Assembly: GCA_964016885.1 (NCBI GenBank)
Contig: OZ024742.1
Coordinates: 279,124,001-279,188,000 of the forward strand
Direction of reading: 5' to 3'
DNA length: 64,000 nt
Source of the DNA: Eledone cirrhosa
Lineage: Eukaryota
Position numbers and translations under genes: made by a program. Position 1 is the stretch's first letter. Each line of letters starts with the position of its first letter. Positions 1-13,991 of this stretch are shown in pieces. The notes below the pieces were generated by a model. The model was not told the origin of the DNA. It saw nothing but the letters and a program-made list of their open reading frames with translations, and did no database searches.

Positions 1-257
1 AGGATTTGGAACTGCCATGAAGTCAAAGTGGTCCCGATTGTCATAGGCGCACTGGGGACTATCTCCAAAAGTTTCCAGGGATGGTTAAAGAAAATTGGCC
101 CCTTCACGCTTTTTGGAACGCTTCAAAAGGCATGCTCGCTGGGAACAGCAAGAACCATCCGATACGTCCTGAATATCTTAGGCTGCAGGTAGTGGCTTGA
201 TATTTATTTCAACAAACTTTCCTGTTAACTAACATCAATGACTGAGACTCAAAGAAC
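1..257 (+). mobile_element. 3' end of R4/Dong-clade non-LTR retrotransposon (copy A), followed by (TAA)n
   Basis: Near-identical to 7744-8000 (IWNCHEVKV.PIVIGALGT...LLGTART.RYVLNI* plus 3'UTR); (TAA)n at about 258-291. Confidence 0.9.
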
Positions 258-293
<36 letters not shown>

Positions 294-518
294 AATGTTT
301 TCTTTATTAACCACAAGGGTTTACATAAAGTAGACATTAAGGACAGTACAGGACAATACAGGACGGTACAAATGGACATTTCTGCGTGTAAAAAAAACAG
401 AAAAATTTCCCAATAGGGGGGAGACTTCCAGGGGACATTTGTAGAGAAAGCCCATTAAAAGACCACAGTGACCCTGACCACCAGGGCAAGTGCCCTCTCC
501 CAGTTTTCCACCTTTAAT

Positions 519-3500
519 TTACAGACACATACTCAAAGTAGGCCCATTCACTCGGGCCATACTTGTTTCTCTCACCCATCTTTCAACAAAATGCTGGGAA
601 GAGAGCACTTCCCTCTCTACCCTGATTTTCCTTTTCAAATGAAATTTGAAAAAGTTAATCAGGGCATCACCGAAGAGGTAAGTGCTCGTCTTCAGCCCTT
701 TCAAACGTGTCCACCATACTATCTCCTTCGCCATGGCCACCAGACAGATAAAAACTGCCTGCCCTTCCCGGCTAAAGGAAGAGGGCGGGGCAATCCTCAC
801 GATGGACTCAGCTGATAGCTGGATCCGTCCTACACGTGACAACTCATGTTCGACATAAACCCACAATTCAGCAATGCTCGGACACTGGACGAGTGCGTGC
901 AGGCCGGTTTCCTCGCCCTGCGCGCATCTCGGACATGCTCGGCTGACGGCACCTCCATGCCTGTAGAGTTTATCCCGAACTGGCAAAGCTCCTCGGTAGC
1001 ACTGCCAGGCCAGGGATTTCTGGAAGTTGTCCATAGGCCCCGGCCCGAAAGTCCTTCCGAAGAGATTGGCTAGTTGATTTTCGTCGACGCCTAGAGTTTC
1101 TCCAAGTACGTCGTCGCTCTTCCCCTCCACTAATTATCTATATAACGCCAAGGTGGAGTTTCCACCGATCACATTGCCCGATTGGTCGAGGGCTGTGAGC
1201 GCCTGAAAACGTTCCAGTCTCCAAGCGCTCCCTCTCGGTTTTCGCTTGACCCAGGACTGCAGCTCCGTCAAGGAAACGAGCTGGCGAAAGACGTGTCTAG
1301 CAAACGGCGACCGCACCTGATCATCATCGAGGAAGAGGTGGAGATGTCGTAGCCTGAGCGCGTGTCTGCGCATCATCAGCCACGGCAATCCCAGCCCTCC
1401 ACGTAGCGGGTGTTGACAGCAGATGGACCGCCTGACCATCGGAGCGCGTACCTTCCACAAAAAGCGAAAGAGAAAACGCTCCAGCGCAGTCAGGCGAGGC
1501 TTAAGACAAGGTACAACGGTCAGGCGGTAGCAGATGACAGACGCGATGTACGCGTTAGCCACCTCCGCTCGACCTTTCAGGGATAGCTTCCTCTCGGCCC
1601 ATTTCTGGGTGAGAGAAGCCACCCTGCTCGTCACCCCGTCCCAGTTTTTGTCCGTCTGGAGGTCCGGACCGAACCAGACCCCTAGCAATTTAACCGGTCC
1701 GTCCGTCCAGCGCCCGACGACGCTGTTGCACGGCATGGACCTGCCTCTCCAGGTGCCGAGCTGCAGGCCCACTGACTTTTCCTGGTTGATCATTGCTCCT
1801 GTCACCGCTTCGTATTCTCTTAGTGTAGTGCCGATCGCCTCGATGTGTTTGGCGTTCGACACCACTACGGTGATATCTTCCGCATATGCTGACACGGATC
1901 TTCCGCATCCTAGTTCGCGAAGGACCCCCCTCAACGTCTCCAGTTTGTGCAGTAATGGCTCGAGAGTCAAAACGTACAAGAGGGACGAGAGGGGTATCCT
2001 TGGCGGACCGAGCGCATGATGTTGAACGGTTCCGAAAGGTGACCGTTCACTCTTACCACAGAGCAAATGTCGCTGTGCATGGCAGCCATCCAGCCTCTGA
2101 AGGCGGGCCCAAAGCCAGCCGCCCTCAGGACTGCCGCTAGGTAACGATGGTCGAACCTATCGAAGGCTTTCGACTGATCTAAATTTATCAATGACCCACC
2201 CGTGCCAGGTTCCCTAGCTACGGTCTCTACGATGTATCGCATGAGGTGGAGGTTGTCGTGGATGGATCTGTCGGGAATGGCGCATGTCTGCGCCTCTCCC
2301 ACCAGACCACCAGCGACATGCGCCTACCTCTTTGCTAGCACCTTGGCCAAAATCTTGAACTCTGTGTTCAGCAGAGTTATGGGCCTAAAATACCTATGTT
2401 ATCCCCCTTGTTCGGATCCTTTCTCAGCAGCGCCACTGCTCCTCGGCTCACAGAGCTGGGAACTCTGCCGTTCTGTTGCCAGTTGCATTAGACGTCCGCG
2501 AAGAGGCCTCCGAACAAGTCTGGCATTTGTACGTGAAGTTGATAGGGCAGACCATCCAAACCAGGCGATTTACCCCTTGTGCAGCCAGTCATTGCCTCCC
2601 GTACTTCAGCGGCTATTATCGGCTTTTCGCAACACTCTGCCGCAGTGGCCGAGATCCGCGGTAGTCCGTCGAGGTAGACACTAAAGTCCATCCCTCGATC
2701 CAGCCCGCCGCTGCCCCCGAACAGTTGAGCGAAGTGTCGCTGAAAAGATCACACATTTGCCCGGGATCGAGTAGCATGCGCCCGTCGTGGTCCACCAAAG
2801 ACTGGATCGTGGCTTTGTTGCCACTACGCGCCTCCGCCACTCGGGCCCATTGAACGGCTTTCGTCCCCTCGTGTCTGAGAGCACGCACCCTAGCTCTGAC
2901 AACGCAGCCTTCGTGCTTTGCATTGAAGAATTGGTCAAGGGCCAATTTCGCAGCAAGTACGTCGATCGCGATGCCTTTGCAAAGAGCCTCGTCTAATTTT
3001 CTAAGTAATTCTCCCTCTGCTCTATTTTCCTCTATTTTTAAAGCCTTACTAAACCTAATGGACTCTATTCCGATTGCTCTTTTCAGAGCAAACCACCACT
3101 TCTTGTTGACGATGGCCCCCGTCAACGCCCGCTTAATTAGTTCGCTAATCCGGTCTCTGTAGGCCTTGCGCGCTGGTAAGGACGCGTTTAGCTTCCAGTA
3201 GCCGGGTCCTCGTCTATGAAGCCTATCTAAGTCAAGCACCCACATCACGAATTTGTGGTCCGTGTAGCTGACTATCTTGAATTGTGGACAGCCTATGCTA
3301 AACCTATCTATTTCCCTACAACATACTCTATCTAGATATGATCTGGATGACCCTATGCGATTTATCCAAGTCCGTATTGGTACATTCGGGAAATCCAATC
3401 GGTACCTGTCAGACAGTTCAAAACGCCTGAGCAGGTTGGTGAGACTCTTGCACCCTCCTCCCCTATCAACTAATCCCACATTATCCCAGCGTGCATCTAA

Positions 3501-3937
3501 GATCCCGTTCCAGTCGCCCACTAACACTAAAGAGCTGGACGTTCCAAGAAAGGTCTCCAGACGCCGGAAGAAATCAGGCCGCCCTGCTCCTGTCGGGGCA
3601 TAGACGGCCACTAACCCGAAAGCTTGCCCGTCTCTAATGGTCACATCCAGCACCACCAACTTACCTTCTGGGTCCAGGAAGATGGCCCGTATGGCAAGAT
3701 CCAAACTTCTGCGAAAAAGCACAGCAACTCCTCCCCCCGATCCCGGACGGCTGGGAGATGCGTACACATGGTAGCCGCCGAAGATCGGTGCGAAGGCCTA
3801 CTTCGGGGATTCTAGTCTTGCTGATGGCCACTACATCTATGTTTAGTGACCTGAGGTAGGTCGTTGAGCAGGTGGCCCTGATTCCATGACGACCCCAAGC
3901 CACGCGCATTTATGCTGCCTATTCTGAGTGAGGTCAT
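519..3937 (-). pseudogene. Tx1-like ORF2 (APE endonuclease, reverse transcriptase, C-terminal CCHC finger), multiple frameshifts
   Basis: MTSLRIGSINARGL start at 3937; VGDWN, YLDR, TDH, GPGYWKLN, KSPGLDGLP, LDQSKAFD, SVRQG, YAED (for YADD), CPRC-x8-H-x4-C across ORF-track fragments. Confidence 0.9.
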
Positions 3938-4047
3938 GTTGAAATGGAGTGGAAAAGATGGGAAAGACCACTTACCTTACTTCTCGTAGAGGAAGGACGG
4001 TTTTTCCATCCTTTTCACTGCTTGTGGCTTCCTCAGGAAGGATGTCC

Positions 4048-5142
4048 TTATAAATCCTCCTGGAGAGTGCTTGTCGGAAGTCTCCGATGTCTTTGAGGAA
4101 TTTTTGTTTTAGCGTTATGTACGTTATCTGTGTAATGAGAGTGATTTGTACGTTGTGCGCTGGGTGGTGGCGGTGTTGGTTTTGCTACTGTTGCTGGGGT
4201 TTTTGCTGTTACAGTTGCTTCTGTTGTTGCTGCTACAGTTGTTGCTGCCATCTCTGCTACTGGCGGTGTTGATGGTTGAGTCACTGGGGTAGGTGGGAGA
4301 GTTGGCCTCAACCATTTAGCCTGAGGGCAGAAAGCCCTTAGGTGGGTTCCTTCACCACAAACGACACGCCTAGGCCTTCTGCCCTCGACAATTACGTTGA
4401 GGTGGCTGCCGTCAGTGAGGTCTATTACCTCTGGGATCTCCTCAATGCTTTTTTGGTCCGCTTGGTTCAGGAGCTCCATCCCAGATCCGGACCAGTTCTC
4501 CTGCTTTTCTTTCGCTATTTCGATTATATTGGTGTTGGCTTCGATGCCGGCGAGGACGGCAGCTATTAGCCAGGGAATTTCGATGGCCGGTGGAACATGG
4601 GTGACCCTGATCTTTACGAGTCTCTGGCCACAATAGATTGGGACGAGTGTGAAGTCGTCATTTCTTAATGGGGCCAAGGAGTGTTCTTTAGCCTCCTATG
4701 GTGTTTCAAAGAACACGTCAACGGTTCCATATTTCTGCTAACGTCTGATGTGGTTTTTTTTGCCCACACATGTCCCAAAGCATTTTGGATTTGGGACTCG
4801 GATGCCCGTTCCACTCGGCGCGATTTTATATTAATTGTTCGATAAGACACGGAGCATAGGCGCCGATGGTCCATTTTATTAGGCATGTGTGTGTATGTGG
4901 GGGGGGGGGGGTCTGACCCTGTACCCATCTTTCTTTACCATTTTTTTGGCTTCTTCTAATTCCTCCTGAGTTAACTGAAATGCTTCCCTCTGTTTTGCTA
5001 CTCTGGCAAAACTCAGGTTGGTTTTCTTAATTTCATTGTTGCTGTTGTTGTTATCGTTATTTTTGTTATTATTAATTTTAGTTTCTGTTGTGGTGGTAGT
5101 GGCGTCAGTGGTGTTCGGTGTGGAAGAGTTGGTTGAATTCAT
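4048..5142 (-). pseudogene. Tx1-like ORF1 (gag-like, zinc knuckle), frameshifted; true start may lie further upstream
   Basis: VEGRRPRRVVCGEGTHLRAFCP is a Cx2Cx4Hx4C knuckle with the first Cys lost; position upstream of ORF2; T/P/N-rich flanks. Confidence 0.7.
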
Positions 5143-5640
5143 TTCGATATCACGAGTTTATTTATTTTTTCTTTTGTTTCTGTTGTCACGGTGGTGGTGG
5201 GGGTGGGGGTTGTCGCGGTGGTGGTGGTGGTGGCGGCTTTAACACCTGCCGTCATTGGTAATGGTGGGAAATGAATATCTGCCTGAGACAAATTAAAAAT
5301 ATTGGTACTGCTTATATTTTTAGTGTTGGCAAACGTAGTAATATTTACAATGGTAGTGTCGGTGTGAGGTGTTAGTTTGTGAGGAAGGCTGTCAGCTTCG
5401 TGTGGCTGTGAGTCGTCTATGTTTTTTTCAAAGAAAGTTTTTTTTGATAATTATAAAAGCTTAAATTTTGGGCTCAAGGCCCCAATCCTTTTGTGTGTCC
5501 TTTTCGGAAAAGAATGTATGTGCACTTATATACAGTTAACAATAAACATTTTCCATAAATGGCAATTTTATACAAACGAAAACAACAAACCTTTGCGGAG
5601 CTCACGATGATACGATTTACTACGTAGGTCGCCAACAACA

Positions 5641-5694
<54 letters not shown>

Positions 5695-8000
5695 CAGAGG
5701 GAGATCGGTGAGCAGGCACAACAACAAACTGATTTGAGTATCACAGTTGAAACTCTTAAGGGGCAGGCCAAAAAACTAACCAACTGGAAATCACCAGGCC
5801 CAGATGGTGTGCAGGGGTATTGGATTAAACATTTAACATCCCTCCACCCGAAGCTGACGGCCATGTTCAATGACTGCTTGGTGTCGGGTGAGGTGCCAGA
5901 GTGGTTGACAAAAGGTACCACAGTTCTGATAATGAAAGACCGAATCAAGGGTAATGATGTTACCAACTATAGACCTATCACATGTCTGTCCGTAATGTGG
6001 AAACTGTTGACGAGCATTGTGTCTGAGGAAATCTACCATCACCTCCACACAAACAACTTGTTACCGGACGAACAGAAAGGATGCCGAAAGAAGTCACGTG
6101 GTACAAAGGACCAGTTACTTATTGATAAGATGGTAATGGGGAATTGCAGGAGGAGACACACTGATCTTGCCATGGGATGGATAGACTACAGAAAGGCATT
6201 TGACATGGTGCCTCATTCCTGGATCACCAAAAGCCTGGAGATCTTCAGGGTGGCAGATAACATCAGACAGTTGCTAGGCAGGAGTATGGGGTCCTGGGAG
6301 ACAGAGTTGACATCAACTGGAGTATCCTTGGGAAACGTGAAGATCAAGAGAGGTATCTTCCAGGGAGATAGCCTGTCCCCTCTGTTGTTTGTCCTTGCCC
6401 TGATGCCCTTGACCATTATGCTGCGAAAAGTGAGAGCAGGATACAAGTTGGGAAGGGGAGAGCTTACCATCAATCACCTCCTCTTCATGGACGATCTTAA
6501 GCTCTTCGGGTAAAGTGAGAAGGAGTTGGATGTGCTTGTTGACACTGTCCGTATTTTCACCAGTGATATATGTATGCAGTTTGGTATTGGTAAATGTGGA
6601 GTCATTGTGATGAAGAGAGGTAGGTTGAGCAGAAGTAACGGGATCCAGATACCAACAGGTGAGATGATAAAGGAAATTGACTCTGAGGAAGGATACAAGT
6701 ATTTGGGCGTTCTGGAGGCTGATGGCATAAAGAACAAAAAAATGAAGGAATTGTTAAGAACTGAATACATTCGGAGAGTAAGGAGCGTATTGAAGTCACA
6801 TCTGAACAGCAGAAATGCCATAAGCGCAGTAAATTCCCGAGCTGTGTCTCTTATTAGGTACAGTGCGGGAATTCTGAGATGGAATGTTGCTGAACAAAAA
6901 GAAATGGATAGGAAGACTAGGAAGCTATTGACTATCTACAACATGTTCCACAAGAGGAGTGATGTCGATAGACTCTACCTAAGGAGATCTGAGGGTGGAA
7001 GAGGTCTTATCAGCATAAAGGACTGTGTTCAGATGGAGAAAAACAACCTATACAAATACGTGACCTATAGTAAGGAGCCAATGCTCAGAACTGTACTGAA
7101 GGAGGGGACAGTAGGCCAGGGGATGTCCAAGGAGGAAATAACATCAAGGAGGAAGAGCAGCCTTAAGGGAAAATCCCTTCATAGTACCTTCTTTGAGAAA
7201 ACTGAATTTAGAGATCCACAGACATGGAACTGGTTGAGAAGAGGAGACCTCAAAAAGGCTACAGAAGGAATGCTAATGGCTGCGCAGGAGCAGGCCCTCA
7301 AAACGAAGTGGTTGAAGCACCATATCTACAAGGAAGAGGCTAGCCCACTGTGCAGGATCTGTGGAGAGAGAGAGGAGACTGTGGATCACATTGTGTCCGA
7401 GTGTAAACACCTAGCCCAGACCCACTATAAGGGCTGGAGACACGATGTGATGGGCAGGGTGATCCACTGGCACCTGTGCAAAGTAAACAATTTACCACAT
7501 TCTGAGAAATGGTATGAGCATAGGCCAGAGGCGGTGATGGAGAACAATCAGGTGAAGGTGCTGTGGGATTTTAGGATACAGACGGACAAAAAACTGGAAC
7601 ACAATAGACCTGACCTGGTGGTTGTGGACAAAGAAAAAAGATTGTATCTGATTGTGGATGTGGCCTGCCCGTTCGACACGAGAGTGCAAGAGAAGGAGAG
7701 GGAGAAAATTAACCGATAACAGGACCTAAAGTGGGAGGTGAAACGGATTTGGAACTGCCATGAAGTCAAAGTGATCCCGATTGTCATAGGCGCACTGGGG
7801 ACTATCTCCAAAAGTTTCCAGGGATGGTTAAAGAAAATCGGCCCCTTCACGCTTTTTGGAACGCTTCAAAAGGCATGCTTGCTTGGAACAGCAAGAACCC
7901 TCCGATACGTCCTGAATATCTGAGGCTGCAGGTAGTGGCTTGATATTCAATCCAACTGACTTTCCAGTTAACCAACATCAATGACTGAGATTCAAGGAAT
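5695..8000 (+). mobile_element. 5'-truncated R4/Dong-clade non-LTR retrotransposon (copy B): RT, CCHC finger, restriction-like endonuclease
   Basis: Single frame to 7923 broken by two in-frame TAA stops (6511, 7717); WKSPGPDG, IFQGDSLSP, LFMDD, CRIC..ETVDHIVSEC, RHD, RPDLVVVD..DVACP; (TAA)n on both sides. Confidence 0.92.
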
Positions 8001-8029
8001 AACAACAATAATAATAATAATAATAATAA

Positions 8030-8474
8030 TAACTGTAATTGTACGAATCGGGTTGATTGCCCTCTATCCGGGAAATGCCTCTCCAGTAACATTGTCTACA
8101 AATGTAACGTCGAATCACCCACGCCTCGCAGGGCCTACATACGGTTATCCGCCAAGAGATTCAAGCAGCGTATTTACATGCACACTCATTCTTTTCTTCT
8201 CCCTTTAAGAAGGAATATGGCGTCACTTTCAGCTTATATCTGGAGTCTAAAAGACAACCACACCCAGTATAGGTTACACTGAGACATCCTAGCTAAAACT
8301 AGATCGTACAACGGGAATAAAAAACCATGCGATTTTTGCGCTGCTGAAGCCATGGAAATACTCTACGCCAATGATGACATCTTAAACAAAAAATATGAGG
8401 CAATTTCGGCTTGTAAACACAAATTGCATAAAAGTTTCCTGTATTACAGCCCCACATTATACCCTAACGGATAG
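8030..8474 (+). pseudogene. GIY-YIG endonuclease domain of a Naiad-type Penelope-like element
   Basis: Manual translation from 8031: NCNCTNRVDCPLSGKCLSSNIVYKC...AYIRLSAKRFKQRIYMH...LSAYIWSLKD...CDFCAAE...ILNKKYEAISACKH; one TGA at a conserved Trp (8280). Confidence 0.85.
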
Positions 8475-9099
8475 CACGAACAATACGCGGATAAATTACG
8501 TCTTGATGTTGTAGATAAGTATATTTTATGTTTATACCATTATTTATTTGTATAGGTAGGGATACATTACCCGTATGTTTTGTGAAGGTACGTATACTTT
8601 CTCGTACGTGTATATATTCTTATATGTGTTATAGGTGTATATATTATATTAAATAAACTGGTATATGTGTTTATGGTTGTGTATTTTGTGTTTGTGTGTA
8701 TGCCTGTATGCGTGTTTGCACATATGTAAGGCGTGTATATGTGTACATTGTGTTTTGGTTTACGTACGTTTGGTGAACATATGTGTATTTACCTATAGGT
8801 ATGTGTGTGCGTGGGTTATAAACGTATTTATGTGTGTATATCTATATAAGTTCATATAATTATTTGTATACACACATACAGACATATTTATATATTGTTA
8901 TGTGTATTTGGTGTATACGTTCGTATGTGTGCGTGTACATGTGTCGCGTGGGTTTATCTATGTGTGCGCGTGTTTATGTGTACTTGTTTTCGCGTATGCT
9001 CGTGTATGTATATAGATACGTGTATGTATATATTTAATTATTATTATTTTATGATTTTAATAACCTCTGTCATTTTCGTTCTACTAATTTTTTTACATT

Positions 9100-9263
9100 A
9101 TTCTTGGCTTCAGAGTTAAGAATAATTGTTTCTACTTCTGGCACAAGGCCAGCAATTACCCCAGTGTATTACTGATAAAATAAATTACCAGTAATACACT
9201 GGAGTAATTGCTGGCCTTGTGCCAAAAGTAGAAACAATTATTCTTAACTCTGAAGCTGAGAAT
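9100..9263. repeat. Fold-back of a SINE 3' tail plus about 20 bp of flank
   Basis: Arms of about 75 bp (9100-9174, 9188-9263) matching the SINE tail seen at 38045-38110. Confidence 0.85.
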
Positions 9264-9494
9264 CATTCGGTTTCCTAAATAGAATATTAGTCTACGACTC
9301 CATTTATACCATAAACGTAGTTTTGTCTTTGCGTGTAATTGTTCTCACCTCTCCACATAACAACGTATTGTCTTCGCTTTTTCCGTTCATTGCCAGGGAA
9401 CGTCTTCACGAACCAAAGTATCTTCTTCCTGTTTTCCTTCGGCTGCAACGTTTTTTGAAATATTTACTTCTGCGTTCGCAGATGTTTTTTTTTT

Positions 9495-9545
9495 AGTTTC
9501 AGAAGATCCCGTTAAGGGTGAAAGCAGCGATTCTTTGCTTAAACT
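9495..9545 (+). ncRNA. Type I hammerhead motif with one core substitution (U4A)
   Basis: AGTTT-CAGAAGA-tCCC gttaa GGGt-GAAA-GCA..TGC-TT-AAACT; all three stems pair. Confidence 0.6.
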
Positions 9546-9584
9546 TTAATCTGTTATTTTAATAAATAAATAAATAAAAAAAAA

Positions 9585-9657
<73 letters not shown>

Positions 9658-10316
9658 CTATGTATGTGTATGTGTATGTGTGTGTGCATGTGTGTGTGTA
9701 TACATGGAAGAACGAATTTCTGTCACATTCAACGCTGAAGGTTCCAGTTGTTCCAATAATAGAACACTCGATTCATGAGATTAACGTAATGCTCCCTGAG
9801 ATTCAGCGAGACACAATGTGACTATGCCAGCCATTGGAATTACTATCACAGTCTACACGATGTGCTTCCGACAGTATTCGTTTACCCAATTTCAATTTGA
9901 AGGCAGGAGTTGATCTGAGATTATGGAAAATGACACTTGCCCAAAGAAGCCATGCAGTGGGATCGAATCCGTAATCTAATAATGGCAAAGCTAAATTCAT
10001 AAATATTCGGCTATGCTGGGATCGTGTATATAATATAATAGAATATGATACAAACGACAGCTAAATGGAAAATAGACAATTCTTTCACTCTCTCTTTCTC
10101 TCTCACACACACACGCTCACTCCCTCTTCCTCTCTCACCCTAGTTCTCTCTCTCTCTCTCGCTCTCTCTCTCTCTGCATAATAGTGAAGGGATTCCGTAA
10201 GGAAACCGAAGTAACAAGGTCAGCATAACATATATTAAGATACGCGAATCTAATACAAAACACACACGTACATATATACACGCATACGTAAATTCACACA
10301 CATACACACCCACACT

Positions 10317-10362
<46 letters not shown>

Positions 10363-10581
10363 TATATATATATATACACACACACACTTATATATACACA
10401 TACATATATACATATTTATATATAGATATACATATATACATATATATAAATGAAAAATAGAGAAATTAATGTGAGCAAGAAGCCAACAGTAATATACATA
10501 TATATAGAGAGAGAGAGATATAACAGATAAATATATATAATATACATATATAACAGTATATACATATATATATAGATATAC

Positions 10582-10929
<348 letters not shown>

Positions 10930-11847
10930 TATATATATATATATGTGTGTGGGTGTGTGGGTGGGTGTATGTGTGTATAATAACATAATGTGTATGTGTA
11001 TATATATATATATGTCACTAAACTCAGATAAAACATAAGAGAATGTAATATAGCCCAAGAAAGAAAAAGAAAATTCAAATATGATAAAAACAGGAAAACA
11101 TAATTATAAAACAGTAAACCAACCGTTCTAAGAAACCGGTTTGGAAGGGCTTCATATAATTGCTGTTGTTGTTATCGGTGGCAGTGGGCTTTTGGTTGTG
11201 CTGGTGGTGGTGGCGGTGGTGGTCGTGACATTGGTGTTTGTAGTCGTGGTAGCAAAGTGATGTTGGTGGTGTTGCTGTTGTTGGTTGTTGAGATTGAGAT
11301 GGTGTTGGTAGTTTTGGGGATGTTCATGGTGGAGGTGGAAGATATCCGTGGAATGGTAAAAACAAAATTGACAGCATTTGCAATACAGATAAACCCCGAG
11401 TTTGAGAGCTCCATAATCTGATGGCGATAGCAGACAGTGCGGTGTTGGGGTGTCGGGGCCGTTGGGGCATAGAAATGTCTTCATATCAAAATGTAGGAAT
11501 GAAATGGGTGTATGTATATAAGTATGTATGTATATGTGTATAAATGTATGTATATATATAAGCGTGTATGTATTTATATATATTTATAGGTATGTATGTA
11601 TGCATATATGTATGTATATATGTATGTATGCATATAAGTATTATGTATTTATATGTATGTATATGTATGTATGCATGTATATATGTATAAATGTATGTAT
11701 GTAAGCATGTATGAATGTATGCATGAATATGTTTGTACACATACATACATACACACATACATTCATAAATGCATACCTATATACATACATACATGCATAT
11801 ATACATACATACATACATGCAAACATACATGCATACATACATACATA

Positions 11848-12369
11848 ATGATGGCTGCTCCCTCGTTATCGAGCATGGCCATTGCACGATATACCATTGT
11901 ATACCGTGGAATACCTGTGTGTGAAGATATTTTTTTTAAAGTGAGGAAAGACTGTGCACTGAGCCAATCCCACTCTCTGAGCGACAGTAGCTATAACCTG
12001 AAAAGAAGAAAAGATCAACATCATCGGTAACTACTGAGCCGCAGGTTTTATATCGGAGTTATCCCAGTTTCTGAGTTATCCCAGTTTCTGAGCTGCCTTC
12101 TCCTAGAAGAATGCCCTGAGAAAGGCTAGGGGTCTTTCACTCCCAGTGGTTTAAGCGCGCGATCGGGTGTCCAGCCCGACTATTTCTATGTCCCCGCGCA
12201 TATACATACACATGCACCCATGCATATACACATATACATATTTACAGACTTTTGGTTGGCCATTGACTCTTATGAGTTCTTCCGCCCTTTGTCAGGTTTT
12301 TTGTCCTGCAGGGTGTTCAAAATCACCCTCCTCACCAAGTAAACTTGGTGGGCTTGCCTGTTCAGTCGC
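11848..12369 (-). mobile_element. Non-autonomous bipartite RTE derivative (5'UTR piece plus 3' end)
   Basis: Homologous to 15701-16310; 3' end matches 55795-55835; flanked by (CATA)n. Confidence 0.65.
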
Positions 12370-12987
12370 ATACATACATATATACATACATACATGCATA
12401 CATACATGAATACATACATGAATACATACACACATACATGTATACATACATACACACATACATACAAGCATACATACATGCATACATGCATACATGCATA
12501 CATGCATACATACATACATACATGTATACATACATACATACATACATACATGTATACATACATGCATATATGCATACATACATGCATACATACATACATG
12601 TATACATACATACATAGATACATACATGCATACAAACATGCATACAAACATGCATACATACATACGTGCATACATACATAAATACATACATACATGCAAA
12701 CATACATACATATAAATGGAGAGGGAATGAGACCAAGTGTTTGCTGTGGGAGCTAAAGTGAAAGATGAAGGTTTAAAAACAAATAAATTAAAGTGGCGTT
12801 TGTGGAGTGTTTATATACTTTCCTTTGATTTCTTTGTTACTTTTTGTTGCTTTAGTTATTGTTATTGTTACTGTTTGAAGTTTATGATTTTAATGCTGCT
12901 GTTGTTGTTGTTGTTGTTGTTCTTCTTCTTCTTCTTCTTCTTCTTCTTCTTCTTCTTCTTCTTCTTCTTCTTCTTCTTCTTCTTCTT

Positions 12988-13032
<45 letters not shown>

Positions 13033-13606
13033 TTTCCTGCTGCTCTTGATCTTGTTAAATATAGGCCAGTGAGCAGACATATGATGAAAGTAATTTTAGA
13101 CGCGATATTTTCTGTCTTGTTTTCAGGCATGGTGTATCTAAGACTACCTTATTCAATTAGTTCTTCGTTATTTTTTAAGTCTGAAATATGATATTTGTCG
13201 GAGTCGAGGCCGTTATTTAATTTCTGACGTCAGTGACATTAAAGCTGGTCTAACTCTCGTTGGACGCATTCGGTTTTAACAGTAATTGTGTTGTTGTCTG
13301 GCGATATTGTTATTGCTGTTGTTGGTGTTTTTGTAGTCACGGTTCAGGTCTAATCTAGCAGATATTCTAATGAAAGTTTTCTCCACAATGAACACTTGGT
13401 CTGAGGGCTTGCGACAGTATTCTATATGTTCTAAAGTCCAGGTACGTTCACCACCGTAACACACTGCGTTTCTTGGATATCTAAAACTGGAAGAAGCGAT
13501 TTCTTCCGAAGAAGGAGAGCTAAAGGGAATGGGAGAATGTGTGCCTGTGTATAAGACAGAGAGAGAGAGAGGGGAAATCTAGCCTCTATAATTTTCGACA
13601 GAGGTC

Positions 13607-13667
13607 GGCGAGTACGTTGCTCTGAGGAACACCAACAGTGTGAAACAGAATTTGTCAGCTTCTCGCC
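13607..13667 (+). ncRNA. Canonical type I hammerhead ribozyme with extended, internally looped stem I
   Basis: GGCGAG-tacgtt-GCT-CTGAGGA-ACAC caaca GTGT-GAAA-CAG aat TTG-TC-AGC-tt-CTCGCC; predicted cut after 13656. Confidence 0.8.
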
Positions 13668-13818
13668 CTTCCTTTGCTGAGAAAAAGAATAGCGCAAGGT
13701 CTTCAAACGTGATAGCGCAAGGTCTTCAAAATGTTTCTAAATGCACATACGTATACTACCAAATATACTATACATACATTGATATATACATCGCTATTTC
13801 AGAGCACCAACCCTAATT

Positions 13819-13895
<77 letters not shown>

Positions 13896-13950
13896 GCACA
13901 CACGCACACACACACATACACACACACACATTCACACACACACACACACG

Positions 13951-13991
<41 letters not shown>

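Larger units (their letters stand above)
292..5633 (-). mobile_element. Near full-length Tx1-like (L1 group) non-LTR retrotransposon, decayed
   Basis: ORF1 plus ORF2 layout on the minus strand; AATAAA (minus, 303-308) before an (ATT)n tract; (TAA)n on both flanks. Confidence 0.88.

Noticed and set aside
8280-8282. In-frame TGA in the Naiad domain as selenocysteine (some Naiads are selenoproteins)
   Set aside because: It aligns to a conserved Trp, and the conserved Cys codons are TGT/TGC in both Naiad relics; the TGA near 43850 is next to a frameshift
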